From a virus: a stretch of DNA of 64,000 nucleotides. This document shows, one piece after another, positions 9,918 to 20,035 of this stretch. Positions within the stretch are counted from its first letter, which is position 1, and each line of letters opens with the position of its first letter. The notes below the pieces were generated by a model that saw only the letters and a list, made by a program, of their open reading frames with translations, did not search any database and was not told where the DNA came from. Both the position numbers and the translations under genes were made by a program. The stretch lies in IMG/VR virus record IMGVR_UViG_3300049138_000182, positions 6,113 to 70,112 of that record. One strand, given 5' to 3'.

Positions 9918-9962
9918 ATGACCAGCAGATCAGGCTCGGCACCAGAGCCCGACCACACCTAC

Positions 9963-10904
9963 CTAGCGACGGTGGTGACGGCACCTCGGCTCGACGACCC
10001 GGAACCTCCACGACGTCTGGACGCGCGGCTTCACCACGTAGCCATCCAGCGCCGTGGCCTTCACCACGTGACGCCCCTGAGACACCGGAACCGTCGCGCC
10101 CGAATCGACGTTCTGACCATCGACGGCGTACTGCACTCCGCGCACGCGCGAAGTCTTGATCGCGCCCTGCCTGACCGTGCCGTTATGCCGACACGAAGGC
10201 TGCGTCAGAACCGGCTCCGTCGGCCAGACCACCTTCGGGCAGCCCTTACCGGTGATGTCACCGGTACTTCCGGCCGAGCCGTTGACCCACCGGTCACACG
10301 GCGCCTTGTACTCCCAGCGCCACGCACCCGGCGTGACCGTTGCCGTCGTCGGGAAGTACAGCTTCGGCCAGTCACTCGTGGAGGACGGCATACCCGCGCA
10401 ATCGACCGCGCGGTTACCGGTGCCGTTCATGTTGCACCGGTAGTTGTAGTAGTTGCGCACCGAAGCCGCCGACGGCGGCGTGGCCGAGACGACCGTGAAC
10501 GCGTACGAGCCCGAGAACGTACCCCGCGCAGAGGCGTTCATGACGACGCCCGCACCCGGCGACTTCTTCCCCCGCAGAGTCCGGAACGTTCCCGTGTCGG
10601 ACAGCTTCACCACCCATGAGGTCTGCGGAGTGACCGTCGACGTCGCGGTCGGCGTCGGAGTCGACGTCGGAGAACCCGGCCTGGTCCGAGTCGGCCTGGT
10701 CCGAACCTGCTCGATCCGAACCGTCCGCTCGAACTGCAGGCTCGCCCAAGGACCAGCCGTCCCGGTGTCGTAGTTACCGCCGATCCGAACGGTGTCGGAC
10801 AGGCCACGCGGCGCCTGAGCGTAAGCCGGCACCGCGGACACGACCGGGATGAGCATCGCGGCACTGCTGAGCAGGGCCGCAGCCATCGGCCTGGTTAAAC
10901 GCAT
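9963..10904 (-). CDS. secreted protein with signal peptide and T/P-rich linker
   Basis: MRLTRPMAAALLSSAAMLIPVVSAVPAYA signal peptide; Cys pairs. Confidence 0.7.
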   Translation of the reverse strand: MRLTRPMAAALLSSAAMLIPVVSAVPAYAQAPRGLSDTVRIGGNYDTGTAGPWASLQFERTVRIEQVRTRPTRTRPGSPTSTPTPTATSTVTPQTSWVVKLSDTGTFRTLRGKKSPGAGVVMNASARGTFSGSYAFTVVSATPPSAASVRNYYNYRCNMNGTGNRAVDCAGMPSSTSDWPKLYFPTTATVTPGAWRWEYKAPCDRWVNGSAGSTGDITGKGCPKVVWPTEPVLTQPSCRHNGTVRQGAIKTSRVRGVQYAVDGQNVDSGATVPVSQGRHVVKATALDGYVVKPRVQTSWRFRVVEPRCRHHRR

Positions 10905-11058
10905 AACTCTCTCGCCTCTTCGTTGTGTGGGATGGCGGAACCCCATGTCCCCGCCATCGAGCGATACTAGCGCCACCCCTGCAAGTTTTGGCAGGTTTTG
11001 GCACAAAAAAATCCCCTACCAAAACCTTACAGGTAGGGGTACCTCCGACGAAAACCTC

Positions 11059-11508
11059 CTAACCCGGCAGCTTCCTCCGTCTCGGGAACTTCATCCGCCA
11101 CGAGCGTCGAGGCCCCGGACGCCGGTACCCGTACATCTCGAACGGAGCATCGATCACCAGCCGGCCCTCCTCGGCCAGCCTGTCGAGCGACTCGTCACTG
11201 AGATCCTCCTGCTGATACAGCCAGGTCAGGAACGGTTCGAACATCGGACAGACCCAGACCCGGTGCTTGTTGAGATCTGCCTTTGGGTGGTAGCCGGGCC
11301 GGAACAGAGCCCCTTCCCCCGTCTCCAAGTCCATGACCCAGAGGTGGTGGCGGCTCCACAGAGGCCGCTGACGAAGCACCGGCCGATGGTCATCGCTACC
11401 CGCCAGCCGGCTGGGCCATGTCCACTCTCGGTCATCCATCCGACCAACCAGAAACTTGCCCCAGTTCCCGAAACCGGGCTGTGTAGCCTCGAAGATCCAT
11501 GTCTTCAT
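11059..11508 (-). CDS. hypothetical phage protein
   Basis: ORF in an overlapping minus-strand operon. Confidence 0.65.
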   Translation of the reverse strand: MKTWIFEATQPGFGNWGKFLVGRMDDREWTWPSRLAGSDDHRPVLRQRPLWSRHHLWVMDLETGEGALFRPGYHPKADLNKHRVWVCPMFEPFLTWLYQQEDLSDESLDRLAEEGRLVIDAPFEMYGYRRPGPRRSWRMKFPRRRKLPG

Positions 11509-11819
11509 TCGAGCTCACTCTCCTCCGATACAGCCTCAGAAGCAGCCGAGATCCCCGGAATCTCGAAGGTCTCAGGATCGAGAATCAGCCCCCGAAGATC
11601 CAGCGCCTGTGTCAGGAACCACTTCTTGGGACCATCGAACGATGCCTTGTACTCCCGGACAATCGCCACGGTTCCCTGCAGCCACACCTGTGCATCGTCC
11701 GTCTGAATCTTCAGCAGCCACCCTTCGTCGCCGGTCTCAAGGGTGGGCAGACCTTCCAGCGTCTTGAGCAGCTTGTGTGACTCCACTGCACTCACCTGAA
11801 CTTCCTCGGTAGTTGCCAC
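11505..11819 (-). CDS. hypothetical protein
   Basis: ATGA overlap in operon. Confidence 0.55.
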   Translation of the reverse strand: MATTEEVQVSAVESHKLLKTLEGLPTLETGDEGWLLKIQTDDAQVWLQGTVAIVREYKASFDGPKKWFLTQALDLRGLILDPETFEIPGISAASEAVSEESELE

Positions 11820-12223
11820 CAGCGACGCCGGCGCATGAAGATCCTCCAGGTCTTCGGATGCTTGCTCATAGGCCGCGCCCGAGCCCAGCTCTTGTAGCCA
11901 CGTACCTTAGGCCCACGCCGCGGGCCCCGTGGAACCGGCCGACGCGTGTAGCTGTAGACGCCCCAGTAGTCGTCGTCCATGTCGTCGCCCGCGACCCAGT
12001 TCACCCGGCACGCCTTGTCGCAGATTTCGGCGATGATCGGTGACCCAGGCCGGCAGGTGATCTCCCAGATCCCGGCGTGCTCCTCACACCGCTCCTCGTT
12101 GAGGTAGACAACGCAGGTCAGCGTCTTATCCGGATTTCGGCGCAGCCAGCAAGCGACGGACCCGTCATCGAAGTGGTTACGAAAACCCTCACCCTTCGGC
12201 CGCCAGTTACGATTCCGGCTCAT
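11792..12223 (-). CDS. hypothetical protein with basic C-terminus
   Basis: ATGA overlap at 12220-12223. Confidence 0.55.
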   Translation of the reverse strand: MSRNRNWRPKGEGFRNHFDDGSVACWLRRNPDKTLTCVVYLNEERCEEHAGIWEITCRPGSPIIAEICDKACRVNWVAGDDMDDDYWGVYSYTRRPVPRGPRRGPKVRGYKSWARARPMSKHPKTWRIFMRRRRWWQLPRKFR

Positions 12224-12675
12224 GGGCACCCACAGATGTTGTGGTTATTGCAGCCGCACTTATCGCACACATGCGCCGCCTGGCCCCAGCGCTCGACGAG
12301 GTCCTTGCCGAATTCGAGCAGCTCGTCGACCTCCATCGCTTCGAGCTTGATCGTCCACGCTTGAAGGACTCGCATGGCGACCACGTACTTGAGGTCGTTG
12401 AGAGACACGGGGATCTCGACCGCATCGACATGCGTCTTTGCGTCGAAGCCCGTCACCAGCGCCGTCGGCGCGTCCGGCTCGGCACGACGGACCGCGTCGA
12501 CGAGATAGAACCACGCCGTCTCAACGACGACAGAGGGATCTTCCTTTCGTATGATCACCACCTTCTCGCTGTAGTCGCCGTTGTAGCGGAAATGGGTGTG
12601 CACACCGTTGGTTACGTCCAAATTAGAACTACTCCTTGCTTGATTGGATAGGACGAGGCTAGAAGTCGACGACAC
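12220..12675 (-). CDS. hypothetical protein with C-terminal Cys cluster (start uncertain)
   Basis: CDKCGCNNHNICGC; AAGGAG at ~12632 suggests a later start. Confidence 0.55.
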   Translation of the reverse strand: MSSTSSLVLSNQARSSSNLDVTNGVHTHFRYNGDYSEKVVIIRKEDPSVVVETAWFYLVDAVRRAEPDAPTALVTGFDAKTHVDAVEIPVSLNDLKYVVAMRVLQAWTIKLEAMEVDELLEFGKDLVERWGQAAHVCDKCGCNNHNICGCP

Positions 12676-13294
12676 CGACCCTCTTACCTGTCCGGAGCTT
12701 CCTCGCCAGCTCAGCCACCTCCGTGGCGTTCAGGACGCCGGCGTTCGTCTTGTGGCTGAACCAGACGGCCTTGACCCGATTCATGAGCGACGATTTGAAC
12801 TCCACGAACTTGCCCTGGCCGTCCTGCACCCGGACCGCGTCGATCATCCGAGTCATGGGCGACTCGCGAAACACCAGCGCATAGCTCTCACTGAAGACGA
12901 GCTCCGATTCGCCGCCAAGATCAGCGACCCCGTCCTCGTCGACCGCGATGATCTGGACGCCGTGCCCCCAAAGGAAGCGACTGTAGCGAACCGTCAGCAG
13001 CAGGCCCTCATCACGACACAGCAGCAGGGTGCCGCTCGGGATGTCAGACATGGCCTCGATGAGCGGCTTCACCGCTGCCGCCGTAGTCCTACAGACTTTC
13101 ACGTAACGCCAGAACGCAGCCGTCACGATGACGGAGACAGCGACGACGAGCAGGTTGACGAGATTGCTCAGAAGTCCGCTGTACGGGAGAAGCGCCACCG
13201 TCTGAACGGTGACAACAGCGCAACCGATCGTTGCTAGGACGAAGCAGGTAGTGGCAGGCCCACGAATGACACGGGGCGTGGATTTAGTGGACAT
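12659..13294 (-). CDS. membrane protein (2 TM)
   Basis: Two hydrophobic N-terminal segments; CCCACACGAGAGG leader. Confidence 0.65.
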   Translation of the reverse strand: MSTKSTPRVIRGPATTCFVLATIGCAVVTVQTVALLPYSGLLSNLVNLLVVAVSVIVTAAFWRYVKVCRTTAAAVKPLIEAMSDIPSGTLLLCRDEGLLLTVRYSRFLWGHGVQIIAVDEDGVADLGGESELVFSESYALVFRESPMTRMIDAVRVQDGQGKFVEFKSSLMNRVKAVWFSHKTNAGVLNATEVAELARKLRTGKRVGVVDF

Positions 13295-13377
13295 GCTGAA
13301 TACTGACTACCTCTCGTGTGGGGTTGACGGACACCAAAGCCCACAGCCCGAAATCGGGCTGTGGGCCAGAGAACCCG

Positions 13378-13878
13378 TCAGGATTCCTTGTCGAACGCCT
13401 TCAGACGCCGCACCAGTTCAGTGACGTCTTTGGGCGGGAACTCGACGTAGGTACGGAAGCGGACTCGCCGCCCCGTGATGTAGGGCATCAGTTTGTACTC
13501 CCACATGTCCAGGTTGGGAGTGTCGGGGCCCTCGTTGCAGCCGGTTGCCCTATCCCACAGACTGCCGGCGATCCCATCCTCGGGAACCGCGAGGCCCAGG
13601 AAGAGTTGCAGGTCCTGCGGCTCAGCGAACCCGATGTACGCCTTGGCGCCGTCGTGATAGAGATCCTGGCACGACTCCGTGGTCCGAATTCCGGCCCGCC
13701 ACATGTAGAAGACCAGTTCAGCGATATAGGCGTCGATCCAGGCACCGTCTGTATGTGTGATCACGGGCAAGCCGAGGTGCTCCCCGAACTGCTTATGCAT
13801 GTCGATCAGATTGGACTGGAAGAGTTCGAGGAGTTCCGGTTCTACGAACCGCACGTCCTCGGGGTTCATGTTGCTCAT
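13378..13878 (-). CDS. hypothetical protein
   Basis: CCCACACAAGGAAG leader; GIRTTESCQ motif. Confidence 0.65.
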   Translation of the reverse strand: MSNMNPEDVRFVEPELLELFQSNLIDMHKQFGEHLGLPVITHTDGAWIDAYIAELVFYMWRAGIRTTESCQDLYHDGAKAYIGFAEPQDLQLFLGLAVPEDGIAGSLWDRATGCNEGPDTPNLDMWEYKLMPYITGRRVRFRTYVEFPPKDVTELVRRLKAFDKES

Positions 13879-13902
13879 GATCTTCCTTGTGTGGGGTCTT
13901 GC

Positions 13903-14325
13903 TCAGGTGCTAAGCGCCTGTTGGAACAGGGGAAAGTCTTGTCCGGCCGTCTGGCCGGCTGCGTAGTCCGCGGGTTGCAACACCTCCTCTCCCTGCTCGT
14001 AGAGCACCTTGAACCGCTCCCGAAATTCGGCCGCTACAGCCTCCTCCGTACCGTCCACGATCATGACGTGCTCGGCCACCCTGGCAGCCACGCCCACGGC
14101 GTAACCGCTGGTCCAGGACCGCGAGCCTTCAGGGAGCTCGACGGCTAGGCGAGCCAGCAGCGGCGCCAACGTCGACAGCGTCGAAATCGGGCCGACCACG
14201 TGAAGCACCAGCCGGCCGTCCCTCACCTCCTCACCGGTAAGACACCCGACAGCCCGACACACCACCGCCAGGGCGACGGCTCGTGTCGGACCCCTTGGGT
14301 CCACCTCTAACGCCGAGATCTCCAA
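13903..14325 (-). CDS. hypothetical protein
   Basis: AAGGAGGAG RBS. Confidence 0.55.
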   Translation of the reverse strand: MEISALEVDPRGPTRAVALAVVCRAVGCLTGEEVRDGRLVLHVVGPISTLSTLAPLLARLAVELPEGSRSWTSGYAVGVAARVAEHVMIVDGTEEAVAAEFRERFKVLYEQGEEVLQPADYAAGQTAGQDFPLFQQALST

Positions 14326-14676
14326 TCACTCCTCCTTCTTGGCCTCACAGTTCACACGGACGGTGACCCTGCCATCGGCAAGGGCATAGATCAGCTCGCG
14401 CACCAGCGCGGTACGGGCTCGGGTGGTGGTGTACCTCTGGTCAACCTGTCCGGTGACCTCGTTCACCCATACCGTCTCCGGAATCCGGACGCTGGCCTGA
14501 TCGTCACGGATCCCGAGATCCTCACAAGGCTTCGGCTCGGGCATCCGGCCGGCCACGATGTCACGGACCAGGGCGTGCACACTGTTGGTGACGCCGAGCA
14601 GCGGATCCACGCCCGCACGCACGCTCGCGTACACAGAACTGTTAACTCGGGGGGTCAGCCCCGCGATTCTCGCCAT
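14326..14676 (-). CDS. hypothetical protein (possibly ribbon-helix-helix-like)
   Basis: GAGGAG RBS; two LVR(D/E)-containing halves. Confidence 0.55.
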   Translation of the reverse strand: MARIAGLTPRVNSSVYASVRAGVDPLLGVTNSVHALVRDIVAGRMPEPKPCEDLGIRDDQASVRIPETVWVNEVTGQVDQRYTTTRARTALVRELIYALADGRVTVRVNCEAKKEE

Positions 14677-14775
14677 AGTGCTCTCTCCTCAACTCGGGTG
14701 ACAAGCGGACATCGCTACCGACGGACCCATGGTTTCAGGTCCGTCGGCACCGGATCGGCTAGTCGCTCTTCATCC

Positions 14776-15111
14776 TCAGCGCCAGCTCTTACAACCCTCC
14801 AGCATGATCGGCAGCCGGCTGTTGACCCGTCCCTTGAAGATCTCCCAAGAGATCGCGTACCTCTTGGCGTCCTCGGTGATCTCCAGGGCGATCTGACGGA
14901 CCTGTTCCGGGCCGTCTCCGTACGCGTGCCTGAACCGGAGGTGTCTGGCCAGGTACTCGGTGATGTCCCCGATCTGGGCTCGCGACGGCTCCCCCGTCAC
15001 ATCGATCAGCCACTTGATCAGGCCAACGGAGAACTTCACCGACGCGGCCAATTCCACCGCTGAAATCGACGGGGTACGGGCTGGCACAGCCTTGATCTTC
15101 TTGTTAGGCAT
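14776..15111 (-). CDS. hypothetical protein
   Basis: CCCACGCAAGAGAAGG leader. Confidence 0.6.
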   Translation of the reverse strand: MPNKKIKAVPARTPSISAVELAASVKFSVGLIKWLIDVTGEPSRAQIGDITEYLARHLRFRHAYGDGPEQVRQIALEITEDAKRYAISWEIFKGRVNSRLPIMLEGCKSWR

Positions 15112-15140
15112 CGCTGTTCCTTCTCTTGCGTGGGAGTGCG

Positions 15141-15311
15141 TTACGTGAGGTGGACGCCGCTGGCCGCGACAAAGATTGCTCCCAAAAACCAGCCTGCTAC
15201 CCCCGCCAGGAGTAAGAGCAGCGCTATTAGGATCGCGCGTGACAGGGTCTTCAGGACCTGCTTGGCCCCACTCTTTCTATGCCGCGACGAACCGCGTGAC
15301 TGTTTAACCAT
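15141..15311 (-). CDS. small membrane protein
   Basis: Basic N-terminus plus hydrophobic helix; CCCACACAAGAGAG leader. Confidence 0.55.
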   Translation of the reverse strand: MVKQSRGSSRHRKSGAKQVLKTLSRAILIALLLLLAGVAGWFLGAIFVAASGVHLT

Positions 15312-15402
15312 TGCCGCTCTCTTGTGTGGGAGTGGAGACCTGAATGGCTCCGTAAAGCGCTTACGGCGTAGGTCGTAAGCGCTAGGACGCAGCCATTCAG
15401 CG

Positions 15403-15672
15403 CTAATCGGCACATACCTCGCCGTGGTGGCTTTCGCAGTAACCAAGAGTGCACTCGCCAAGACCAGGCTCACCGCACCACTTGCCGATACCGCCCATCC
15501 CGTACTCGACACGGACGCCACACAGTCCAGCCTCGTACAGGGCCCCGTCTTCGTCTTCGAAGAACGACATCAGATTTTCGGGAATGTCCCGGACTTTGCG
15601 CGCCTCGATGTCTTCCTTGGACAACTTGCCGAGCGCTTGCGTGGGAACGCCCCAGTACGCACTTACAGCCAT
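15403..15672 (-). CDS. small Cys-rich protein
   Basis: C...C...C..H pattern; leader motif. Confidence 0.6.
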   Translation of the reverse strand: MAVSAYWGVPTQALGKLSKEDIEARKVRDIPENLMSFFEDEDGALYEAGLCGVRVEYGMGGIGKWCGEPGLGECTLGYCESHHGEVCAD

Positions 15673-15747
15673 GTCTCTGCCTCTCGTGTGGGTTAACCGA
15701 CACCCCAGTCCACGGCCCGATTTTGGGACCGTGAACCAGAGAATCCG

Positions 15748-16251
15748 CTAGCTCATGCGGAAGGCTGCGATTCTTCCGCCCGAGAGACCTACGATCTTGA
15801 AGTCCATGGCCAAGCCCCGGCCAAGGTCACCCCAATTGACGTGGGGATAGATGAAGTCCGGCACGCCTTGACTGTCCGCGAAGTCCCTCGCGAAATCGGC
15901 CAGGTCGTCGAACGTGCCTCGGTACTCCTTCTGAAAATCAGCTTCCAGAGTTTCGGGGATGCCAAGCGAAACGGCGTTCGTCTCGGCTATCCATGCGAGG
16001 AATGCGTGGGCGGACTCCTGCGCGTTTGCGATCTCAGCGATCTGCCAGATCTCATCCGCCGAAAATCCGCGCGTCTTGAAGTCGACCCCTTCCCACTCCT
16101 CGCAGTCGATGACTTCGAAGCCATCAGGGAAAGCTTGGGTCAGTTCTTCCTTAGCCTCGTCGAGGTCTTCGTCCGGAACCGCGAAGGTGACCGTCTCCCA
16201 CGGCTTCACTCCGTCTGCGTGGCCGAAGGTGATACCCCAGTAGTCGCTCAT
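15748..16251 (-). CDS. ardA: ArdA-like antirestriction (DNA mimic) protein
   Basis: Highly acidic; DCEEW, AFLAW, FQKEYRGTFDDLADFA, PHVNWGDLGRGL match the ArdA family pattern. Confidence 0.8.
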   Translation of the reverse strand: MSDYWGITFGHADGVKPWETVTFAVPDEDLDEAKEELTQAFPDGFEVIDCEEWEGVDFKTRGFSADEIWQIAEIANAQESAHAFLAWIAETNAVSLGIPETLEADFQKEYRGTFDDLADFARDFADSQGVPDFIYPHVNWGDLGRGLAMDFKIVGLSGGRIAAFRMS

Positions 16252-16276
16252 GGCCTTGCCTCTCTTGGGTGGGATT

Positions 16277-16319
16277 TTGGGCATGAAAAAACCGGCCCCC
16301 CAGGTCGGAGCCGGCCTAG
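16277..16319 (-). terminator. repeated terminator-like hairpin, copy 1 of 3 (others 16509-16545 and 17562-17595)
   Basis: GCCGGCTCC-GACCT-GGGG(G)CCGG-TTTTT on the minus strand. Confidence 0.65.
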
Positions 16320-16328
16320 TGCGTGCTG

Positions 16329-16499
16329 CTACCTGGACAAGCCGGTGATGCTGGTCTCGACCGTCGCCGACCGGTAGTGCTTCTTCACCGCCTCTTCGAT
16401 GACCTTCTGGAGCTTCTCTTTCGCCGCCTCCGCGGCCTTCTCGCTTCTGTACGACCGGCCGACGTCCACGGATGCCGTGACGTAGTAATCCGTTGCCAC
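16329..16499 (-). CDS. small hypothetical protein
   Basis: AAGGAGG RBS with GTG start. Confidence 0.55.
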   Translation of the reverse strand: MATDYYVTASVDVGRSYRSEKAAEAAKEKLQKVIEEAVKKHYRSATVETSITGLSR

Positions 16500-16557
16500 T
16501 GTTCCTCCTTTGGGCATGAAAAGCCGACCCCAGGTCGGGGCCGACACACACTGTGGA

Positions 16558-17544
16558 TCAAGCCGCCCAGCTTTCGACGCGCTCGATCAGGGGGCTTGCT
16601 TCAGCAAGCTTGATGATCTCCCGCATGGGAAGGTCTTGCCGGAAGTCGTGACCGATCTCGGTTTCGACGTCGGCGTACTCCTGGGCGAGCTCGGGGTTCA
16701 GTTTCGCGGACGTCACGAGCGCTGACTTAGAAGCGAGTACACAGAATCGGCATGACAGCCGCGGCATGTATTTGTAGGCCCAATGGGTTCGGGTTCCCGA
16801 GGCTTCGATGCCCGCCCAGACGTCTTCCTCTGACCAGGAATGGATAGGCAACCACTCGTCCACGTGCCGGCGCGTGTTCGACGCCCCGGAGCCCACTTTG
16901 AGCGCCTTTGGCATAGGAACCTTGACCGCCGCAAATGCCTTCTTAATAGCCGTCTGATCGAGCGAAGCCCGAAATCTGCACTGAGAGCAAGGGCATGTGC
17001 GGCTGCCTTCGTGACTGAATTCAGAGCGCTTTGCCCGAGCCGGGCTCTCATCCGCACGCATCCCCATAATGTTGAGAATGCGGATCTGCTCACCGTGGAA
17101 CACGGCCCGATGGATTTTCGCCAGAGCCGTCATCAGCTTTCGTACTGGCCCGCGCTTGTGGTCGGAGGTGCAGTACCGGCGTGCGGAGTCGGGGAACTTG
17201 CCACGCTGCTGGATCTGCTCAAGCAGGTCTTGAGGTACGCCGTCGATCTCACGGCGCACGATGTGGAGCGGCAAACCATAGTGCTCCGCCCATTCCTCAA
17301 CCAGTTCTCGCGTGCCCTCCCACTCCATACGGCCCAGGTCAGCATGCACGAGAACGAGGCGATCCCGCATACCGAGCTGGTCGGCCAGCTCAACGACAGC
17401 CCGTAATAACTCCTGGCTGTCCTTACCGCCAGACAGGTTAAGGAGCCACACGTGATACTCAGCCAAATTGCGGCTTGTCGAGATCTGACGTACTACTCGC
17501 TTGACCAGCTTGCCGAGAATGCCACACGTGGCGAGGGCTTCCAT
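16558..17544 (-). CDS. phosphoadenosine phosphosulfate (PAPS) reductase family protein
   Basis: PP-loop SGGKDS, VHADLGRMEW, RYCTSDHK, GMRADESPAR, RLSCRFC. Confidence 0.9.
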   Translation of the reverse strand: MEALATCGILGKLVKRVVRQISTSRNLAEYHVWLLNLSGGKDSQELLRAVVELADQLGMRDRLVLVHADLGRMEWEGTRELVEEWAEHYGLPLHIVRREIDGVPQDLLEQIQQRGKFPDSARRYCTSDHKRGPVRKLMTALAKIHRAVFHGEQIRILNIMGMRADESPARAKRSEFSHEGSRTCPCSQCRFRASLDQTAIKKAFAAVKVPMPKALKVGSGASNTRRHVDEWLPIHSWSEEDVWAGIEASGTRTHWAYKYMPRLSCRFCVLASKSALVTSAKLNPELAQEYADVETEIGHDFRQDLPMREIIKLAEASPLIERVESWAA

Positions 17545-17610
17545 GACTGCTCCTTTAGGACGTGAAAAAGCCGGCCCCAGGTCGGAGCCGGCTAGTCAGT
17601 ACGTATGTGG

Positions 17611-17874
17611 TTAGCGGGGAGCCAAGTGCCTCTCCAGCTCCTCGCCCGCGTAGATGCATATAGCTTTCAGGAGTGCCGCACGCATATCGGGGGCCGGGTC
17701 AAGCTTCTTCTGGTCCAAGCCCATGACAATCGCCCAGGTGTTGTCGTGGCGCGAAGCGATGCGCGCGACCTTGGTCTCACCAGCAGGCGTGATGAGCCAG
17801 ACGTCGTGTTCGCCCGCGCCCAAGTCCTTGACTTGAAACAGCACGTCGTTCTCTGATACCTCGCGAGATTCCAT
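17611..17874 (-). CDS. hypothetical protein
   Basis: CCCACACAGAGAGGGAG leader. Confidence 0.6.
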   Translation of the reverse strand: MESREVSENDVLFQVKDLGAGEHDVWLITPAGETKVARIASRHDNTWAIVMGLDQKKLDPAPDMRAALLKAICIYAGEELERHLAPR

Positions 17875-17903
17875 GTGCTCCCTCTCTGTGTGGGAATTTC
17901 GGG

Positions 17904-18263
17904 CTATGACTCAGTCTCTGCTAGGTCTCGAATGGTTGCGGCGACTCCGAGCACCCGTGAGTGTGGGATGGTGACGCCTGAACCGGTGTGCTCGCCTCGT
18001 TGGTACAGGTCGAACCGGACGCCATCACGAGCCAGCTCGATCAGCGCGGACAGCCCTTCCTCCGCGTCGAGCTGGAAAATCTGGGGGGCGAAAAATGCCT
18101 CCCGCTTCAGTCCGGCCAGTAGATCGGTCAGCTTGTCCACCGTCGGTTTGTCGAGGATGAACCCCCAGTCTCCGACCTCTACCCAGAGAGCACCACGGCC
18201 GCTAAGGCGGGGGTCTGGGTCCAGCGTCATCATGTCGTCCGGCCCGAAAATTAGATCAGCCAT
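17904..18263 (-). CDS. hypothetical protein
   Basis: GAGG RBS. Confidence 0.6.
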   Translation of the reverse strand: MADLIFGPDDMMTLDPDPRLSGRGALWVEVGDWGFILDKPTVDKLTDLLAGLKREAFFAPQIFQLDAEEGLSALIELARDGVRFDLYQRGEHTGSGVTIPHSRVLGVAATIRDLAETES

Positions 18264-18293
18264 GGTCGCCTCGTGCTCGAATTCTAGGCTTCA

Positions 18294-18545
18294 CTACTTG
18301 CCGTTCAGTATCTCTTGAACAGCTTTCACTACATCGGATATCTCGGTAAGGCGATTCTCGTCTCCGTTTTCGGCCATGATCGTGTACCGGAAGGATTCCA
18401 CGAGAATCGATACGTATTTAGGCTTGTTGCAAGTTATGACTCTTATTTGGTGAACACAGCCTCTACTCCCTGGAATGTGCATGGTGAATAGCTGCGCGAC
18501 GTCGAACGCTTGCCTAAGCTCTCTGGCTCTACTGGGGATGCTCAT
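18294..18545 (-). CDS. hypothetical protein (lower GC)
   Basis: ORF with purine-rich leader. Confidence 0.5.
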   Translation of the reverse strand: MSIPSRARELRQAFDVAQLFTMHIPGSRGCVHQIRVITCNKPKYVSILVESFRYTIMAENGDENRLTEISDVVKAVQEILNGK

Positions 18546-18580
18546 CTTCTTCTCTCTTAGGCGAGGATGAATTTCGGGCC

Positions 18581-19084
18581 CTAGGCCGGCCGCTCTCCCG
18601 AGCACACGGGACACGGCTTGTCGTAGGCGTGCGGCTGGTCATCGGCCGGCATCGGAGCGACGCTGTAACCTTGGTGGCGCCAGGACTCCATGGCCGCCTG
18701 GGCGTTCTCGACCTTGTGGCCCAAAGTCGAGTTGTTGCGGACGTGCACGACACCCTTGAACTGCTCGGTTGCCATAGCCTCTAGCTCCTGCTTCTCGTCG
18801 GCGATCTTTTCGAGCTCCGCGGCGTACGCCGCGGTCACCTTGTTGTGCGCCTGCTGCCAGCGCTTCATCAGCTCCAGGAGCAGGACCGTACGGGCATCGG
18901 GGTCTAGCTGGTCGTCACGGTAGGGGTTGCAGGCGTCGCAGCCTGCCCCCTTCCACGTCTTGCGGCTGATCTCGGCGTGGGAGCCGTTCTCAGCGGCCGG
19001 CTTGACGGTCATGCCCTGCTCGATCGCCGAGACCAGGCGATCGGTGAACCCTTCGATATCGGCGTGAACGATCTTCTGTGTCAT
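18581..19084 (-). CDS. hypothetical protein
   Basis: GGAGG RBS, ATGA overlap, two CxxC motifs. Confidence 0.6.
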   Translation of the reverse strand: MTQKIVHADIEGFTDRLVSAIEQGMTVKPAAENGSHAEISRKTWKGAGCDACNPYRDDQLDPDARTVLLLELMKRWQQAHNKVTAAYAAELEKIADEKQELEAMATEQFKGVVHVRNNSTLGHKVENAQAAMESWRHQGYSVAPMPADDQPHAYDKPCPVCSGERPA

Positions 19085-19521
19085 GCGTCGTCCTCCCCTG
19101 TGTCCTCGCCCATGGCGCCCTGGAACACGGCTGCCTCGTCCTCCTTGATCAAAGCCTGAAGCAAGTTGCGGGCCGTCTCATTCAGGGCGTAGGTAACAGC
19201 GTTAGTGACCTCGTGCCATTCGAAACGGCCACCGACTTCTAGGTCAGCAGCGTACAAAGCAAGGTCCGTGATGATCTGCCAACGCTTATGAGTGTCGGCG
19301 GGGATGCACTCGTCGGCAACCTCGTTGACAGCCTCAAACAACTCGTCCTCATCGGACGTAGCGAAGAACCGGCCCCGGTACTCGGCGTACCTCTGTGCGA
19401 TACCGGCAAGAAACACTCCGCCCGGAGATTCGGCGCTGTCAGGGTCAGAGATATTCTCGTCGTTCAACTTCTTCACGAGCACGTACGGGTGATAACCCTT
19501 GATGATGTCTTCGTGGATCAT
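19081..19521 (-). CDS. acidic helical protein (possible Ocr-like DNA mimic)
   Basis: GGAGG RBS; very D/E-rich, EVADECIP. Confidence 0.5.
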   Translation of the reverse strand: MIHEDIIKGYHPYVLVKKLNDENISDPDSAESPGGVFLAGIAQRYAEYRGRFFATSDEDELFEAVNEVADECIPADTHKRWQIITDLALYAADLEVGGRFEWHEVTNAVTYALNETARNLLQALIKEDEAAVFQGAMGEDTGEDDA

Positions 19522-19585
19522 GATTTCCTCCAGATTTCAGGCGTTGTGTAATTTGTTTGGTGGTGTGTGGCTAAGACCAGGCAGA

Positions 19586-19774
19586 TTATCCGATGTTCGT
19601 GAGTCGACTGTCCACTAGTACATAAAACAGGACTCTCCGCAGCTCACGCGCGACGTCGGGGTGTACAGTCATACCCTGCCTATTCCCCATGGGGTCACGC
19701 ACGGTAAAAGTGACGTTTCCGTCTTTCCCTATTTCAGCAGTAGCCAGCGCGCGAGGGTTGGGCGTGTCGCTCAT
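19586..19774 (-). CDS. small hypothetical protein
   Basis: GAAGG RBS. Confidence 0.5.
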   Translation of the reverse strand: MSDTPNPRALATAEIGKDGNVTFTVRDPMGNRQGMTVHPDVARELRRVLFYVLVDSRLTNIG

Positions 19775-20035
19775 TCTCTTACCTTCCGATTTGTTGAGCC
19801 GAATTTTTGGGCCCATCTCTGAGTCCTAGCCGACATCGATACCGACACCCCATAGAGCAGGGTATGGGTACCGGGCCGGCTAGGACTCGTCGTCGTCCTC
19901 GCCGTCGACCTCGTCGGGGTACATCCACGACTCGACTTCGAGTGTCTCTCTTTCCTCTGTCGCCGCTCGCTCGTCGTACAGGTCGGGATTGCCGATGAAA
20001 TACTCAGACATTGAGCTGTCCTTTTCTTGGCTTGA

